The notes below the pieces were generated by a model. That model was not told the DNA's origin. It did not search any database and worked only from the letters and a program-made list of their open reading frames with translations. Made by a program: the position numbers and the translations under genes. DNA of 64,000 nucleotides from Pseudomonadota bacterium (GTDB taxonomy: Bacteria; Desulfobacterota; Binatia; Binatales; Binataceae). The stretch is from contig JAJPIL010000023.1 of the NCBI GenBank assembly GCA_021324755.1, forward strand, positions 28,138 through 92,137, read 5' to 3'. Positions 7,774 to 17,160 of the stretch are shown in pieces (the first letter of the stretch is position 1; each line of letters starts with the position of its first letter).

Positions 7774-10335
7774 TTGGCGTGGGGCGTCGGGCAATATTCG
7801 GGAACAGCAAAAGAGCCGATCGTGCCAAATCGACCGACCAATCGCACAGGCGCAAGGACCAAGCGCCGCAATAGTGTGCTGCTGTCTTTAGTTTCGCTTT
7901 TGCGCTCCTGGGGCGAAACTATTCCGTGGAGGCGGTATATAACGGTCAAGCGCTGCGTGGGCGTTGTGGTTATCTTCGGCTCTTTCTTTACAGGCCTTTG
8001 GTTTACGCGTCTTTATCAGGACATTTCGCTGTTAATCGACCAGCGCAAACAGGGGCTCAGTTCCGCCATTTACTCAGCGCCGCTGGTTGTGCATCCTGGC
8101 GACGACCTAGCGCAGATTCACTTCTTCTCCCGGTTGCATCATCTTAGCTACTCTGAGGTCGCCGCCGTGGAACATGCCGGCGAATACGCGATCGACCGGA
8201 CGAAACTAACCATTTTCGTGCGCGATTTTCGGATCGGCGATATAGCTTTTCCTGCGCGCAAGCTTATCCTTTCGCTAAACGGCACGCGGGTGGACCAGAT
8301 CGTCGACGCGTTGGGGCAAGTCGTAGACCGGGTCGTACTGGAACCAGAGGTGATCGGGCGGATGATGTCAGATGCGCCGGCGGAACGAGTCGAAGTACCG
8401 CTCGACGAACTGCCACCTTATTTGGTGAAAGGCCTCCTCGTCACCGAAGACCGCTACTTTTATTACCATTTCGGATTTGACCCAGTGCGAATAGTCAAGG
8501 CAGCGTTTATCGACTTGCGAGCGGGACGAGCAGTAGCAGGCGCGAGCACGATTACGCAGCAGCTTGCGCGAACTTTTATGGGCAACCGCGAGCGAAGCTT
8601 TGCGCGCAAGATGCGCGAGCTTGCGATCGCTCTCGTGTTGGAAATTCGCCTCTCCAAAAAAGAGATCCTGTTGCGCTACATCAACGACGTCTACATGGGC
8701 GAGGACCACGGCAGGCCTGTCTATGGGCTGCCGCTTGCGGCACGCTACCTGTTTAACAAGGATTTGCGTAACGTGACACCCGCGGAAGCAGCCACACTTA
8801 TCGGCATGATCCGCGCGCCGATTCTCTACGACCCGCGCCGCCATCCCAACTATGCCAAGCAAAGGCGAGACACCGTGCTTGCGCTGATGAAGCGCTACGG
8901 CGTTATCGATGCGTCGACCGCCCAGATGGCGTTAAATTCGCCGATCGAGGTAGCGACCGCGACCAAAAGCCGCTACGCCCCATACTTTGTCGAGTACGTG
9001 ATCTCCGAGGTGGAGCAGCTGGTCGGACCTACAGCACAGTTGGGTGGTGTCAAAGTGTATACCACGCTCGATCCCGAGCTTCAGGAGGTAGCTGAGCGGG
9101 CGGCGAAAGCGAACCTTCAACGGCTTGAAGCGCACTATCCGCGCCTTCGTCGCACCAAGGTTACCGATCGGCTGGAGACCGCGTTGGTAGCGATTGACGC
9201 CCGCAGCGGAGCGATAAAAGCAATGGTCGGTGGGCGCGACTTTCGGACAAGCCAGTTCAATCGCGCTACGATGGCGCGTCGTCAAGTGGGTTCTACGATC
9301 AAGCCGTTGGTTTACCTGGCCGCCCTCGACCCCGATCGGACGCCGCTGGATCGGCCGCTTACTTTAGCCTCGATTTTACCCGACCGTCCGATGTCGTTTC
9401 ACGGGTGGGCACCAGCGGACTACGAGCGAGTTTATCGGGGCGAAGTAACCGTGGCCGAAGCATTAGCTCGCTCGCTCAACATACCGGCCGCGTACATAGG
9501 CTACGAGCTTGGCCCCCGAACAATAGTAAAGACGGCCCATCAGATGGGCATGGCGGGGGACCTGCCCGAGGTGCCGTCGATCGCGATCGGGGCAGGCGAA
9601 GCAACGTTGCTCGAGCTTACTTCGGTCTACCAAGTCTTCGCAGCTGGCGGCGAGCTGCGCGTTCCCTACGCTATTGTGTCGATAGTGGACGGCTCAGGGC
9701 GCGTGTTGTTTCAACACAAGCCGGTTGAGCGGCGACTCGTTCGCCCCAGCGTTGCTTACTTGATCACCGCGGCTTTGCAAGGCGTGATCCGCTACGGCAC
9801 CGCTGCAAATGCTTTGTCCCTCGGGTTAGACTTTCCGGCCGCAGGCAAAACCGGCACCACCAACGACTACCAAGACGCCTACTTTGTCGGCTACACGCCC
9901 GAGTTGGTCTGTGGCGTCTGGGTGGGATTCGACAAACCGCAAAGTATCGGGCTCACTGGCGCGCAGGCAGCGTTGCCTGAATGGGTCGATTTTATGATCC
10001 ATGCGTGGCCCGCCTCCCATCGAGCTTTTCCGGTTCCTAAAGGAGTCAGTTTTGCTACGATCGACCTACAAACCGGTGAGTTGGCGGTGCCGGCGTGTCC
10101 GCGCATAACGACTCTACCTTTCCTCAACGGCACGGCACCCACCGTTGCTTGCCATCTTCACTCTGGCGCAGCGCTGATAGCCGGCGTTCCCACCAAACCG
10201 CAGGCTTCTGCCACACAACAGCCTCCAAAGGCTCAAGAAGTAACCGGGCAGTCGGTTGTTCCCGCGCCAACTGCGACTGGAGGTGGGATCGTCGCGACGA
10301 TAAAGGATTTTTTTCGCGGGCTTTTTGGCCATTAA
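7774..10335 (+). CDS. class A penicillin-binding protein (PBP1B-like glycosyltransferase/transpeptidase)
   Basis: 853 aa. It has an N-terminal cytoplasmic tail, one TM segment (VGVVVIFGSFFTGLWF), a ~130 aa UB2H-like insert, a GT51 domain (EDRYFYYHFG), and a transpeptidase domain with SxxK (STIK) and KTGT motifs. The start codon is uncertain. Confidence 0.9.
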   Translation: MAWGVGQYSGTAKEPIVPNRPTNRTGARTKRRNSVLLSLVSLLRSWGETIPWRRYITVKRCVGVVVIFGSFFTGLWFTRLYQDISLLIDQRKQGLSSAIYSAPLVVHPGDDLAQIHFFSRLHHLSYSEVAAVEHAGEYAIDRTKLTIFVRDFRIGDIAFPARKLILSLNGTRVDQIVDALGQVVDRVVLEPEVIGRMMSDAPAERVEVPLDELPPYLVKGLLVTEDRYFYYHFGFDPVRIVKAAFIDLRAGRAVAGASTITQQLARTFMGNRERSFARKMRELAIALVLEIRLSKKEILLRYINDVYMGEDHGRPVYGLPLAARYLFNKDLRNVTPAEAATLIGMIRAPILYDPRRHPNYAKQRRDTVLALMKRYGVIDASTAQMALNSPIEVATATKSRYAPYFVEYVISEVEQLVGPTAQLGGVKVYTTLDPELQEVAERAAKANLQRLEAHYPRLRRTKVTDRLETALVAIDARSGAIKAMVGGRDFRTSQFNRATMARRQVGSTIKPLVYLAALDPDRTPLDRPLTLASILPDRPMSFHGWAPADYERVYRGEVTVAEALARSLNIPAAYIGYELGPRTIVKTAHQMGMAGDLPEVPSIAIGAGEATLLELTSVYQVFAAGGELRVPYAIVSIVDGSGRVLFQHKPVERRLVRPSVAYLITAALQGVIRYGTAANALSLGLDFPAAGKTGTTNDYQDAYFVGYTPELVCGVWVGFDKPQSIGLTGAQAALPEWVDFMIHAWPASHRAFPVPKGVSFATIDLQTGELAVPACPRITTLPFLNGTAPTVACHLHSGAALIAGVPTKPQASATQQPPKAQEVTGQSVVPAPTATGGGIVATIKDFFRGLFGH

Positions 10336-10626
10336 GGCAACCGCAAAGCAGAGTGGCTTTGCATCGGGCCGTAGCTTATCCTGTCAAGAGAGCTGCTTTC
10401 CTGTGAGCTTGGTCGAGTGGGCGTGGCGCTCGACCGCTCGAATTTAAGCGCTACGCCGGCGTTACCGCGCTGGTCGCCTCCTTAGAACCTAGCGGTGTAC
10501 TGATCTAAGTCTCGCCTCGGGCGCTTGACAGCCGTGTAAAGTAGGGCGGCAACTGAAAGCTTCGACGGCTACGATAGTTGTGGTGCGCTATGTTGCTTGC
10601 CTAAACACTGACGGCGCCATGGCGTG

Positions 10627-11400
10627 CTAGACCACACGACGGGCTACGATAATCCATCCCGAGTGAGCCACCATCCGATGTACCGGCCGAACGCTAAGAC
10701 CCCGTACGCTCCACGGTCGCATCAGAGTTTCAAAGCATTCGACGGCGTCGAACTCGCGGCTGTCCTGAAGCGCCTGAACTGTTTCCTTAAGTTGAAGCGC
10801 CGTCGGCACCAAACAGACGAATACGCCACCGGGGCGCAGGGCGTTGGCAACCTGATCCAGCGCTTTCCAGGGTTCGGCCAGGTCCAAAAACAGCCGATCG
10901 ACTGCCGTTTCGTCAAACCCTTCGAACAGATCCTTGACTTTCAGCGACCAGTTCGGCGCAGGTCCAAAAAAATTGGCGACGTTCTTTGCCGCGATCGTGG
11001 CAAAGTCCTCGCGAATCTCGTACGAAATGAGGCGGCCTTGTGGACCGATAGCGCGCAGCAGGGCGATCGTGAGCGCCCCGGCGCCGACTCCCCCTTCGAT
11101 TACTGTCGCTCCAGGAAAAACGTCGCCCCAAAGCAACATCACGCCCGTGTCTTTTGGGTAGATTACCTGCGCCTGTCGCGGCAAGTTCGGAACGAGATCG
11201 GCGTATGTCGGGCGCAGCACCAAAAAGCGCTCACCCGAGCTAAAGGTGACCCATGAGCCTTCGCTCACTCCCCAAAGGCTTTCGCTGGGAAGCTCGCCTC
11301 GAATCGTGATCCGCGTTCCTCGGCGCAGGATCTTGAGGTACTTTCGTCCCCGCTGGTCGACAAAAATGACGGCGTCGTTTTCTCTGAGTTTTTCGTCCAA
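10627..11400 (-). CDS. trmI: tRNA (adenine58-N1)-methyltransferase TrmI/Gcd14 family
   Basis: 257 aa SAM-dependent methyltransferase with the TrmI N-terminal beta-domain and a GAG SAM-binding motif (VIEGGVGAGALT). Confidence 0.8.
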   Translation of the reverse strand: MDEKLRENDAVIFVDQRGRKYLKILRRGTRITIRGELPSESLWGVSEGSWVTFSSGERFLVLRPTYADLVPNLPRQAQVIYPKDTGVMLLWGDVFPGATVIEGGVGAGALTIALLRAIGPQGRLISYEIREDFATIAAKNVANFFGPAPNWSLKVKDLFEGFDETAVDRLFLDLAEPWKALDQVANALRPGGVFVCLVPTALQLKETVQALQDSREFDAVECFETLMRPWSVRGLSVRPVHRMVAHSGWIIVARRVV

Positions 11401-11862
11401 TGAAGTTTTCGGAGCGCTCCTTTAAGAGAGTTTTAAAATTTGAGGTCTCTAAAAGTTTTTATCCGAATTTTGTCGTTTCGAAATCTTACGACGGATAGCC
11501 TTGTCGCACGCTACGATCCGGATCTTAGCGTTGCTTTTGTTCTCTCGCAGGGTTCCGTCGAGCTTATGGCACGATTGTTCGTTTTTCCGCAATTTCTCGT
11601 GCGACGCTATCGCTAGATTCGAGAGCCTTTGCGCGCGATTTCGGTGATGGAATAATTCTCTAATAGTTATTCGTTGCTCGGTAGCAAGATACATCGTGTC
11701 GATCCGCACTGTTAACGTCGTGTTTTCCCGACGTCTTTTTATGCTCGAGCGGCGCGGAGTAGCCTGCAGCGCGTCCAGGAGACTTGAGAAGTCGCTAGAA
11801 GCCCGTATCATGTATTAAGTGCATGGAACACTAAGCGTTTCTTGGTGAAAGAGAAATAGAAG

Positions 11863-12030
11863 ATGGCGAGAAAAGCTAGGACTGCTCAGAAGAGCAAAGA
11901 GGCGGTAGTAAAGCGCTTGTGCCCCAACTGTGGAGCGGAAAGCAGAGTAGTGCTTTTTACCGGCTTTGGTCGTCGCGGGTTCTTCTGGGTTTGCGACAAG
12001 AATTGCGGTTATATGGCGCGAACTCGCTAA
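11863..12030 (+). CDS. small C4 zinc-ribbon protein (55 aa), hypothetical
   Basis: Sequence MARKARTAQKSKEAVVKRLCPNCG...WVCDKNCGYMARTR, with a CxxC-x20-CxxxC pattern and a basic N-terminus. Good Shine-Dalgarno (AAAGAGAAA). It sits in a low-GC islet and is too short for the 60-aa ORF track. Confidence 0.45.
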   Translation: MARKARTAQKSKEAVVKRLCPNCGAESRVVLFTGFGRRGFFWVCDKNCGYMARTR

Positions 12031-12065
12031 GGATAATTAAACCACTAAACCACGGATAGGCGAGC

Positions 12066-12392
12066 ATGGCTAGAACGCGTAAGAGCAAAGAGGCGAAAGG
12101 GGAAATTTACGCGGGATTCCTCGATTCAGCAGAGGAGCGTGAAGAGGACTCCGATCTGCCGCGTGACGAGATCGGTAGGCGCAAAATCAAGCGGCAGTAC
12201 GAGGAGCTTTTGGGCATTCGCATCGAGAAGCTAAAGGGTAGAGTCTTAAACCGCGAGCGAATAAGCAAAACGGTCGAGGGTATCTACTTCATTTGCGCCA
12301 AATGCATGAAAGTGTGCCATTCGCTCGACGAAGGCTTGGTCGAAGATCCAGCTAACGAGAACAACCTTTGTGGCGCTTGCGCTCCAAGGTAG
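12066..12392 (+). CDS. putative TraR/DksA-like C4 zinc-finger protein (108 aa)
   Basis: The N-terminus MARTRKSKEAKG echoes the previous ORF. It has a central basic coiled-coil and a C-terminal G-x-Y-x-x-CxxC ... P-A-x-x-x-LCGAC pattern like DksA/TraR zinc fingers, although the spacer is 21 residues rather than 17. Confidence 0.45.
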   Translation: MARTRKSKEAKGEIYAGFLDSAEEREEDSDLPRDEIGRRKIKRQYEELLGIRIEKLKGRVLNRERISKTVEGIYFICAKCMKVCHSLDEGLVEDPANENNLCGACAPR

Positions 12393-12677
12393 CTGCTTGC
12401 TCCTTATCTCGGGGAGCACAACAAAAATCTCCCTCCCGCTAGCTCCCAAAAAGAAGCTTTTACTACGTCAAGTTTTAACCTGCTGATAGGACGGTTCTTT
12501 TCTTAAATCGTTCCGCAATACGAACACCTAATGACCTGACTGCTCCACCGCTGGTCAATTCTTGCTTTCTCGATTGACATTTTTGAACCTAGGCCTTCGG
12601 CGACTCGGGTACGGCGTGTACGGAATGGTCGCTTAAAAAGGGGCTCGGAGACGAAGCAAGCATTTCTTAAGGCAAGT

Positions 12678-13307
12678 TTAAAGCTCATGTCGATGGCTTA
12701 GGGCGGCACTGACAGTAGCAGCGTCGCTATACTCGAGGTCGCTTCCGCTTGGGAGTCCGCGGGCGAGACGGGTTATCTTGATCTCGAGCGGTTTAAGTAA
12801 ATTTGCCAAGTAAAGCGCGGTTGCGTCGCCCTCTACGGTTGCGTTTGTGGCAAGGATAACTTCGCGTATCGGAGTGGGTTTTTGCTGCTCGAGCCGTTGA
12901 ACCAGTTCGTTGATCTTTAAGTTCTGAGGGCCCACCCCTTGGGCCGGGGCTAGCGCCCCATGTAAGACGTGATAGACGCCGCCGAAACTGCGCGAGCGCT
13001 CGATAGCGAGAAGGTCTGCGGGCGTTTCCACGACACAGATGACACTATGGTCGCGAGCCGAGTCGGAGCATATGCCACAAATTGACGAGTCGGAAAGACC
13101 AAAGCACGTATTGCACAGCCCAACGCGCTCCTTCATTTCCAAAAGCGCCTCGGCCAATCCGATTACTCGCTCCCGCGGCCACGTCAACAGCACGAGTGCG
13201 AGGCGAGATGCGGTTTTTTCGCCTATACCAGGCAGCCGTGAAAGTTCGCGCACCAGGCGAGTCATAGCTGGCGGCAAACCTTCCGCTTTCTGATGGTTTC
13301 CGCTCAT
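12678..13307 (-). CDS. recR: recombination protein RecR
   Basis: C4 zinc finger (CNTCFGLSDSSICGIC), Toprim domain and HhH motif. It lies in the conserved dnaX-ybaB-recR synteny. Confidence 0.9.
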   Translation of the reverse strand: MSGNHQKAEGLPPAMTRLVRELSRLPGIGEKTASRLALVLLTWPRERVIGLAEALLEMKERVGLCNTCFGLSDSSICGICSDSARDHSVICVVETPADLLAIERSRSFGGVYHVLHGALAPAQGVGPQNLKINELVQRLEQQKPTPIREVILATNATVEGDATALYLANLLKPLEIKITRLARGLPSGSDLEYSDAATVSAALSHRHEL

Positions 13308-13333
13308 AGTCCGAAATTGTTTGGGCCAAGGAA

Positions 13334-13660
13334 TTACGTTTCTTTCGGCGGTATGAAACCGCTCATCGCGCCCACCATTTTGCCAAACTCATTGGCAACA
13401 AGCTCCTGGGCCCGCCGCAGTCCCTCATTTACTGCGGCAGTGACGAGGTCTTCCACCATCGCTTTATCGCCACTCTGAAAAAGCATCGGGTCGATCGATA
13501 CACTGCGCAAGCGCATTGAGCCATCGACTACGACTCGCACCAAGCCGCCTCCCGCCTCGCTTTCGACGGTCTTGGCCGCTGACTCCTCTTGTATCTCTTG
13601 CAATTTGGCCTGAAGCGCCTGCGCCTGTCTAAGCAGCGCCAAAAAGTTAACTTCTCCCAC
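13334..13660 (-). CDS. ybaB: nucleoid-associated protein YbaB/EbfC
   Basis: 108 aa, YbaB family, in the conserved position between dnaX and recR. Confidence 0.9.
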   Translation of the reverse strand: MGEVNFLALLRQAQALQAKLQEIQEESAAKTVESEAGGGLVRVVVDGSMRLRSVSIDPMLFQSGDKAMVEDLVTAAVNEGLRRAQELVANEFGKMVGAMSGFIPPKET

Positions 13661-13684
13661 TTTTAGGACCCATCCGTGAAGTTT

Positions 13685-15751
13685 TTAACTATCAGTCTCG
13701 CTATCGCCGTTGTTTTTAAGTTGAGTGTTCTCATCAAATCCCGTTCGCGTCGGCAGCGGGCAAACATTTAACAGCCGAGCGTCAAGCTGGTCAAAAATCG
13801 CCTTGACCAAAGGATCGTTTTTGAGCGCCTGAATTCTGCCCGAACGATTATTCTGCTGATCCGGCGAAGAGTTCGCCACGCGCTGTTCGACCTCTCCACT
13901 TGCTTGACGCGCAATTTCAGGTGCCTGCGCACTTTGAGACTTCTCCTCGAACGCAAGCCCGCTAGAACTCAGAACTTCTGACTGAGATAACTCAGAGGCT
14001 ACCTCCTCCTCCCAAACCACTTTAACCCTGATTTGCCTGCCATAGTACTCGGAGGCGAGCTCAGCGATGAGTTGTGCCTTGTCGCGAAAATAATGGGCGT
14101 AGAAATCGCTCACAGCCGCGACGATAAGCACGTCGTTTTCAAGCCTAAGCCGCGCGCTTTGCTCCATAAAACTAGCCAAAGGCACGGCTTTTTCTCGAAT
14201 ATATCGCCGAAGCTCGGGCAGATCGTTTCCCAGCCCCGAAATTGTTTGTTCCGGATGGTCATTCTGGGGCTTCGGTGCGCGGAAAGGCTGCTCGGCGCCG
14301 GACGAAGCCTCGCGCGCGCCGACCGAGGCGCTTGCACTCGCCGCGCCGGATTCAATCTTGCTAGTCAGGCTAGCGTCGGATACATCGGCTGACGATCTTA
14401 CGTCTAATTCTTGAGCGTCAACACGTGGCCCGACAGCGCTGGAGTCCGGGGAATTGAGGGGTGCCGAATGCTCGGCTTGAGATGATTTAGGATGGTTCGT
14501 CTGGGGCTTGCTAATCACGCGTCGATGGGTTTTTGTGCTCTGATTTGCCAGAGGAGATGAGGCCGTAGCCGTGGGCGCATCCACGGGGTTTGCCGCTTGA
14601 AGAGCTTTTATCGCGCTTAGGAGCTCTTCCGCTTCAATCACAGGCGCGAGCGTCGCCATCCGTACCACCGACATTTCCAAGACAACTTCGGGATAGGCCG
14701 AGCGAAGGACTTCCTCCTGCGCCTGAGACATCAGGCGGAACAAGCGATTTATGTCGCGCAGCGAAAGACTCTGCGCCATTTGTCTTAATTCTTCGGCCTC
14801 GAAGTCGGGTAAATTACTCAACAAAGGTTCGCGGCTTTCACTTTCGAGCTTTGCAAGCGCAAGGTTACGCAACAGCTCGAGAAGCTCTCGTCCGAGGATT
14901 TCGGGCGTGATTCCGGCTTCGTAGAGCTCGCGCACCATCTTCAGAGCTGCGGCTGCCTGTTTCTGAACGACCATCGACGCAAGCTTGGCGACGTGCTCCC
15001 GGCTAGCGACTCCGAGCATCTGCGCCACGTCGCTTTCGCGTACCACGTCCTTGGCACCGGCAACTGCCGTCTCGAGCATTCTTTCGGCGTCGCGAAGACT
15101 ACCCGCAGCTTCCCGCGCAATCAGCGCAAGGGCGCCTGCTTCGGCCTCCACACCTTCACGCCTTGCAAGTTCGTTCAGCCGCGCGATGATCAGCGGCAGC
15201 GGGATTCGCCGGAAGTCGTAACGCTGCAGGCGCGACAGGATCGTTTCCGGCATTTTCTGGGGCTCGGTCGTGGCAAGAATAAACTTTACGTGGGGCGGCG
15301 GCTCTTCCAAGGTTTTGAGCAGCGCGTTGAAGGCTTGGTCGGTAAGCTGATGGGCTTCGTCGATGATGTAGACTTTGTAGCGATCGCGCGCCGGACGGTA
15401 GGCAAGGTTTTCGATAATCGCGCGGGCATCGTCGATCTTGCGGTACGTGGCGCCGTCAATCTCCACCACGTCTAACGAGCGGCCCTCGGCGATCTCCACG
15501 CACGGCCGACATTGTCCGCACGGGTCAGGCGTTGGCCCCCGTTCGCAGTTGAGGCAACGAGCGAGAATACGTGCAGCCGAGGTTTTGCCGACGCCGTGGA
15601 TGCCGCAGAAAAGAAAAGCGTGCGCTACGCGTTGTTTTATGAGCGCTTGGCGCAGTACTTTGGTGACGTGATCCTGGCCGACCAGGTCCTCCAGGCGTCC
15701 CGGTCGCCATTTGCGAAACAACACCAGATGAGCAGCGGTCCCATCAGCCAT
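13685..15751 (-). CDS. dnaX: DNA polymerase III subunits gamma/tau
   Basis: AAA+ Walker A (GIHGVGKTS) and a zinc-binding Cys cluster (CNCERGPTPDPCGQCRPC). 688 aa with a long low-complexity tau C-terminal region. Confidence 0.9.
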   Translation of the reverse strand: MADGTAAHLVLFRKWRPGRLEDLVGQDHVTKVLRQALIKQRVAHAFLFCGIHGVGKTSAARILARCLNCERGPTPDPCGQCRPCVEIAEGRSLDVVEIDGATYRKIDDARAIIENLAYRPARDRYKVYIIDEAHQLTDQAFNALLKTLEEPPPHVKFILATTEPQKMPETILSRLQRYDFRRIPLPLIIARLNELARREGVEAEAGALALIAREAAGSLRDAERMLETAVAGAKDVVRESDVAQMLGVASREHVAKLASMVVQKQAAAALKMVRELYEAGITPEILGRELLELLRNLALAKLESESREPLLSNLPDFEAEELRQMAQSLSLRDINRLFRLMSQAQEEVLRSAYPEVVLEMSVVRMATLAPVIEAEELLSAIKALQAANPVDAPTATASSPLANQSTKTHRRVISKPQTNHPKSSQAEHSAPLNSPDSSAVGPRVDAQELDVRSSADVSDASLTSKIESGAASASASVGAREASSGAEQPFRAPKPQNDHPEQTISGLGNDLPELRRYIREKAVPLASFMEQSARLRLENDVLIVAAVSDFYAHYFRDKAQLIAELASEYYGRQIRVKVVWEEEVASELSQSEVLSSSGLAFEEKSQSAQAPEIARQASGEVEQRVANSSPDQQNNRSGRIQALKNDPLVKAIFDQLDARLLNVCPLPTRTGFDENTQLKNNGDSETDS

Positions 15752-15794
15752 CTGCGCCTCAGCTTTTTACGCAGAAGCCCGGCGCTGCCGGTCG

Positions 15795-15905
15795 GATGAT
15801 AGCTAGGCACCCCCGCGGCACAGGGCTAGGGCCGGTACCGTTGCTTCCTTCCGGACCTGGCGGGGTTCGCGGCCTTCCCTTGCGCGGGACCCAGCTATCA
15901 GCGGC
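15795..15905 (-). ncRNA. ffs: signal recognition particle RNA (4.5S RNA, small bacterial type)
   Basis: The minus strand contains CCAGGUCCGGAAGGAAGCAACGG, which is 18 of 19 identical to the E. coli 4.5S domain IV motif AGGUCCGGAAGGAAGCAGC with a GGAA tetraloop. The flanking 5' GAUAGCUGGGUCCCGCG and 3' CGCGGGGGUGCCUAGCUAUC pair into a terminal helix. It lies immediately upstream of dnaX, which is the classic ffs-dnaX synteny. Confidence 0.8.
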
Positions 15906-16270
15906 CGGCACCAACCGGGCCCATCGCCTCTTGAATCCTAACGCCTAATGTGCGCGAAAGAAAACCACCCGATTCGGTAAGCTACGGCCATCCGTAAGCT
16001 TCCCTTACATCACCATAGCACTCAGTGCCGACTCGCGAAAGACGATATACAAGCTCGCTCTTCGGATTGTTCAGGCCCGCATCGCAACTTCTCAGGCATC
16101 TGCAAAGTTTGCGCAAAATTGAAACTCTCGACGCCTAATGATTGATATCTTGTGCAAAATGTCGGTTTTGCCTTGTAGGCTAAGTGTGCGGCTCGTCTAT
16201 GAGCTATACTTGACGGGCAGTGTTGCATCTGCGATCGGTAGAGAACCGTTTTTCTCGGGTTGAAAACGAT

Positions 16271-17134
16271 ATGGAGTCGGTCCGATTAGCTTTGATTCAA
16301 ATGAAGTGCGAGGAGCAGCCCGAACGCAACTTGGCGAAAGCCCTTCGGATGGTTGAGGAGGCTGCGTCTCGCAAGGCGCAGATCGTATGTCTTCAGGAGC
16401 TTTTTCGTAGCCAGTACTTCTGTCAGCGCGAAGATGCCAAATCTTTTGAACTTGCCGAACCGATTCCTGGCCCTACCACGGAGGCTTTAAGTGAGGTTGC
16501 GAAAAAGCGCTCGCTCGTGATCGTCGCTCCGATATTCGAGCGACGGGCCGCCGGGGTCTACCATAACTCGGCTGTTGTGTTCGACGCGGACGGCTCGCTT
16601 GCCGGCCATTACCGCAAGATGCATATTCCCGAGGATCCCTGTTATTTCGAAAAGTTTTACTTTACGCCCGGCGACTTGGGTTTTCCTGTCCATCGCACGC
16701 GCTACGGCTCAATCGGCGTTCTGATTTGCTGGGATCAATGGTTTCCCGAGGCGGCACGGCTCGTTGCGATGGCGGGCGCTCAGTTGATCCTGTACCCGAC
16801 GGCGATCGGCTGGTATCACGACGAAAAAGAGCGGGCGCGCGAAAAGCAGCGAAACGCCTGGCAAACCATCCAGCGCGCCCACGCTATCGCCAACGGGCTT
16901 TACGTGGGTGCGGTGAATCGTGTGGGCGTGGAAGGTGAGCTCGAGTTCTGGGGCAGTTCCTTCGTGGCCGATCCGATGGGCGAAGTGATCGCTCAGGCCA
17001 GCGCAAGCGAAGATGAAATCCTTATTGCGGACTGCGTGTTCGACAAGATCGAAAGAGTGCGCCGCAACTGGCCTTTTCTGCGCGACCGCCGCATAGACGC
17101 ATACGGCGACCTCACGTTGCGTTGGCGAGGGTAG
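16271..17134 (+). CDS. aguB: N-carbamoylputrescine amidase (carbon-nitrogen hydrolase family)
   Basis: Nitrilase-superfamily E-K-C triad context (VLICWDQWFPE). It is adjacent to an agmatine deiminase gene. The six-frame ORF starts at 16220; the likely start is MESVRLALIQ at 16271. Confidence 0.8.
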   Translation: MESVRLALIQMKCEEQPERNLAKALRMVEEAASRKAQIVCLQELFRSQYFCQREDAKSFELAEPIPGPTTEALSEVAKKRSLVIVAPIFERRAAGVYHNSAVVFDADGSLAGHYRKMHIPEDPCYFEKFYFTPGDLGFPVHRTRYGSIGVLICWDQWFPEAARLVAMAGAQLILYPTAIGWYHDEKERAREKQRNAWQTIQRAHAIANGLYVGAVNRVGVEGELEFWGSSFVADPMGEVIAQASASEDEILIADCVFDKIERVRRNWPFLRDRRIDAYGDLTLRWRG

Positions 17135-17160
17135 GTTTGGCCGTTTAGCAAAACGCCTAC

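Noticed and set aside
7464-7949. 161-aa ORF on the minus strand
   Set aside because: It is antisense to the N-terminus of the PBP gene and to its promoter region, and has no motifs. It is very likely spurious.
14186-14194. Possible programmed -1 frameshift site in dnaX (GAAAAAG) producing a gamma subunit
   Set aside because: There are only five A residues, and the reading frame is GAA AAA GCC, so there is no A_AAA_AAG slippery heptamer. It also lies far into the tau-specific C-terminal region rather than at the domain III boundary.
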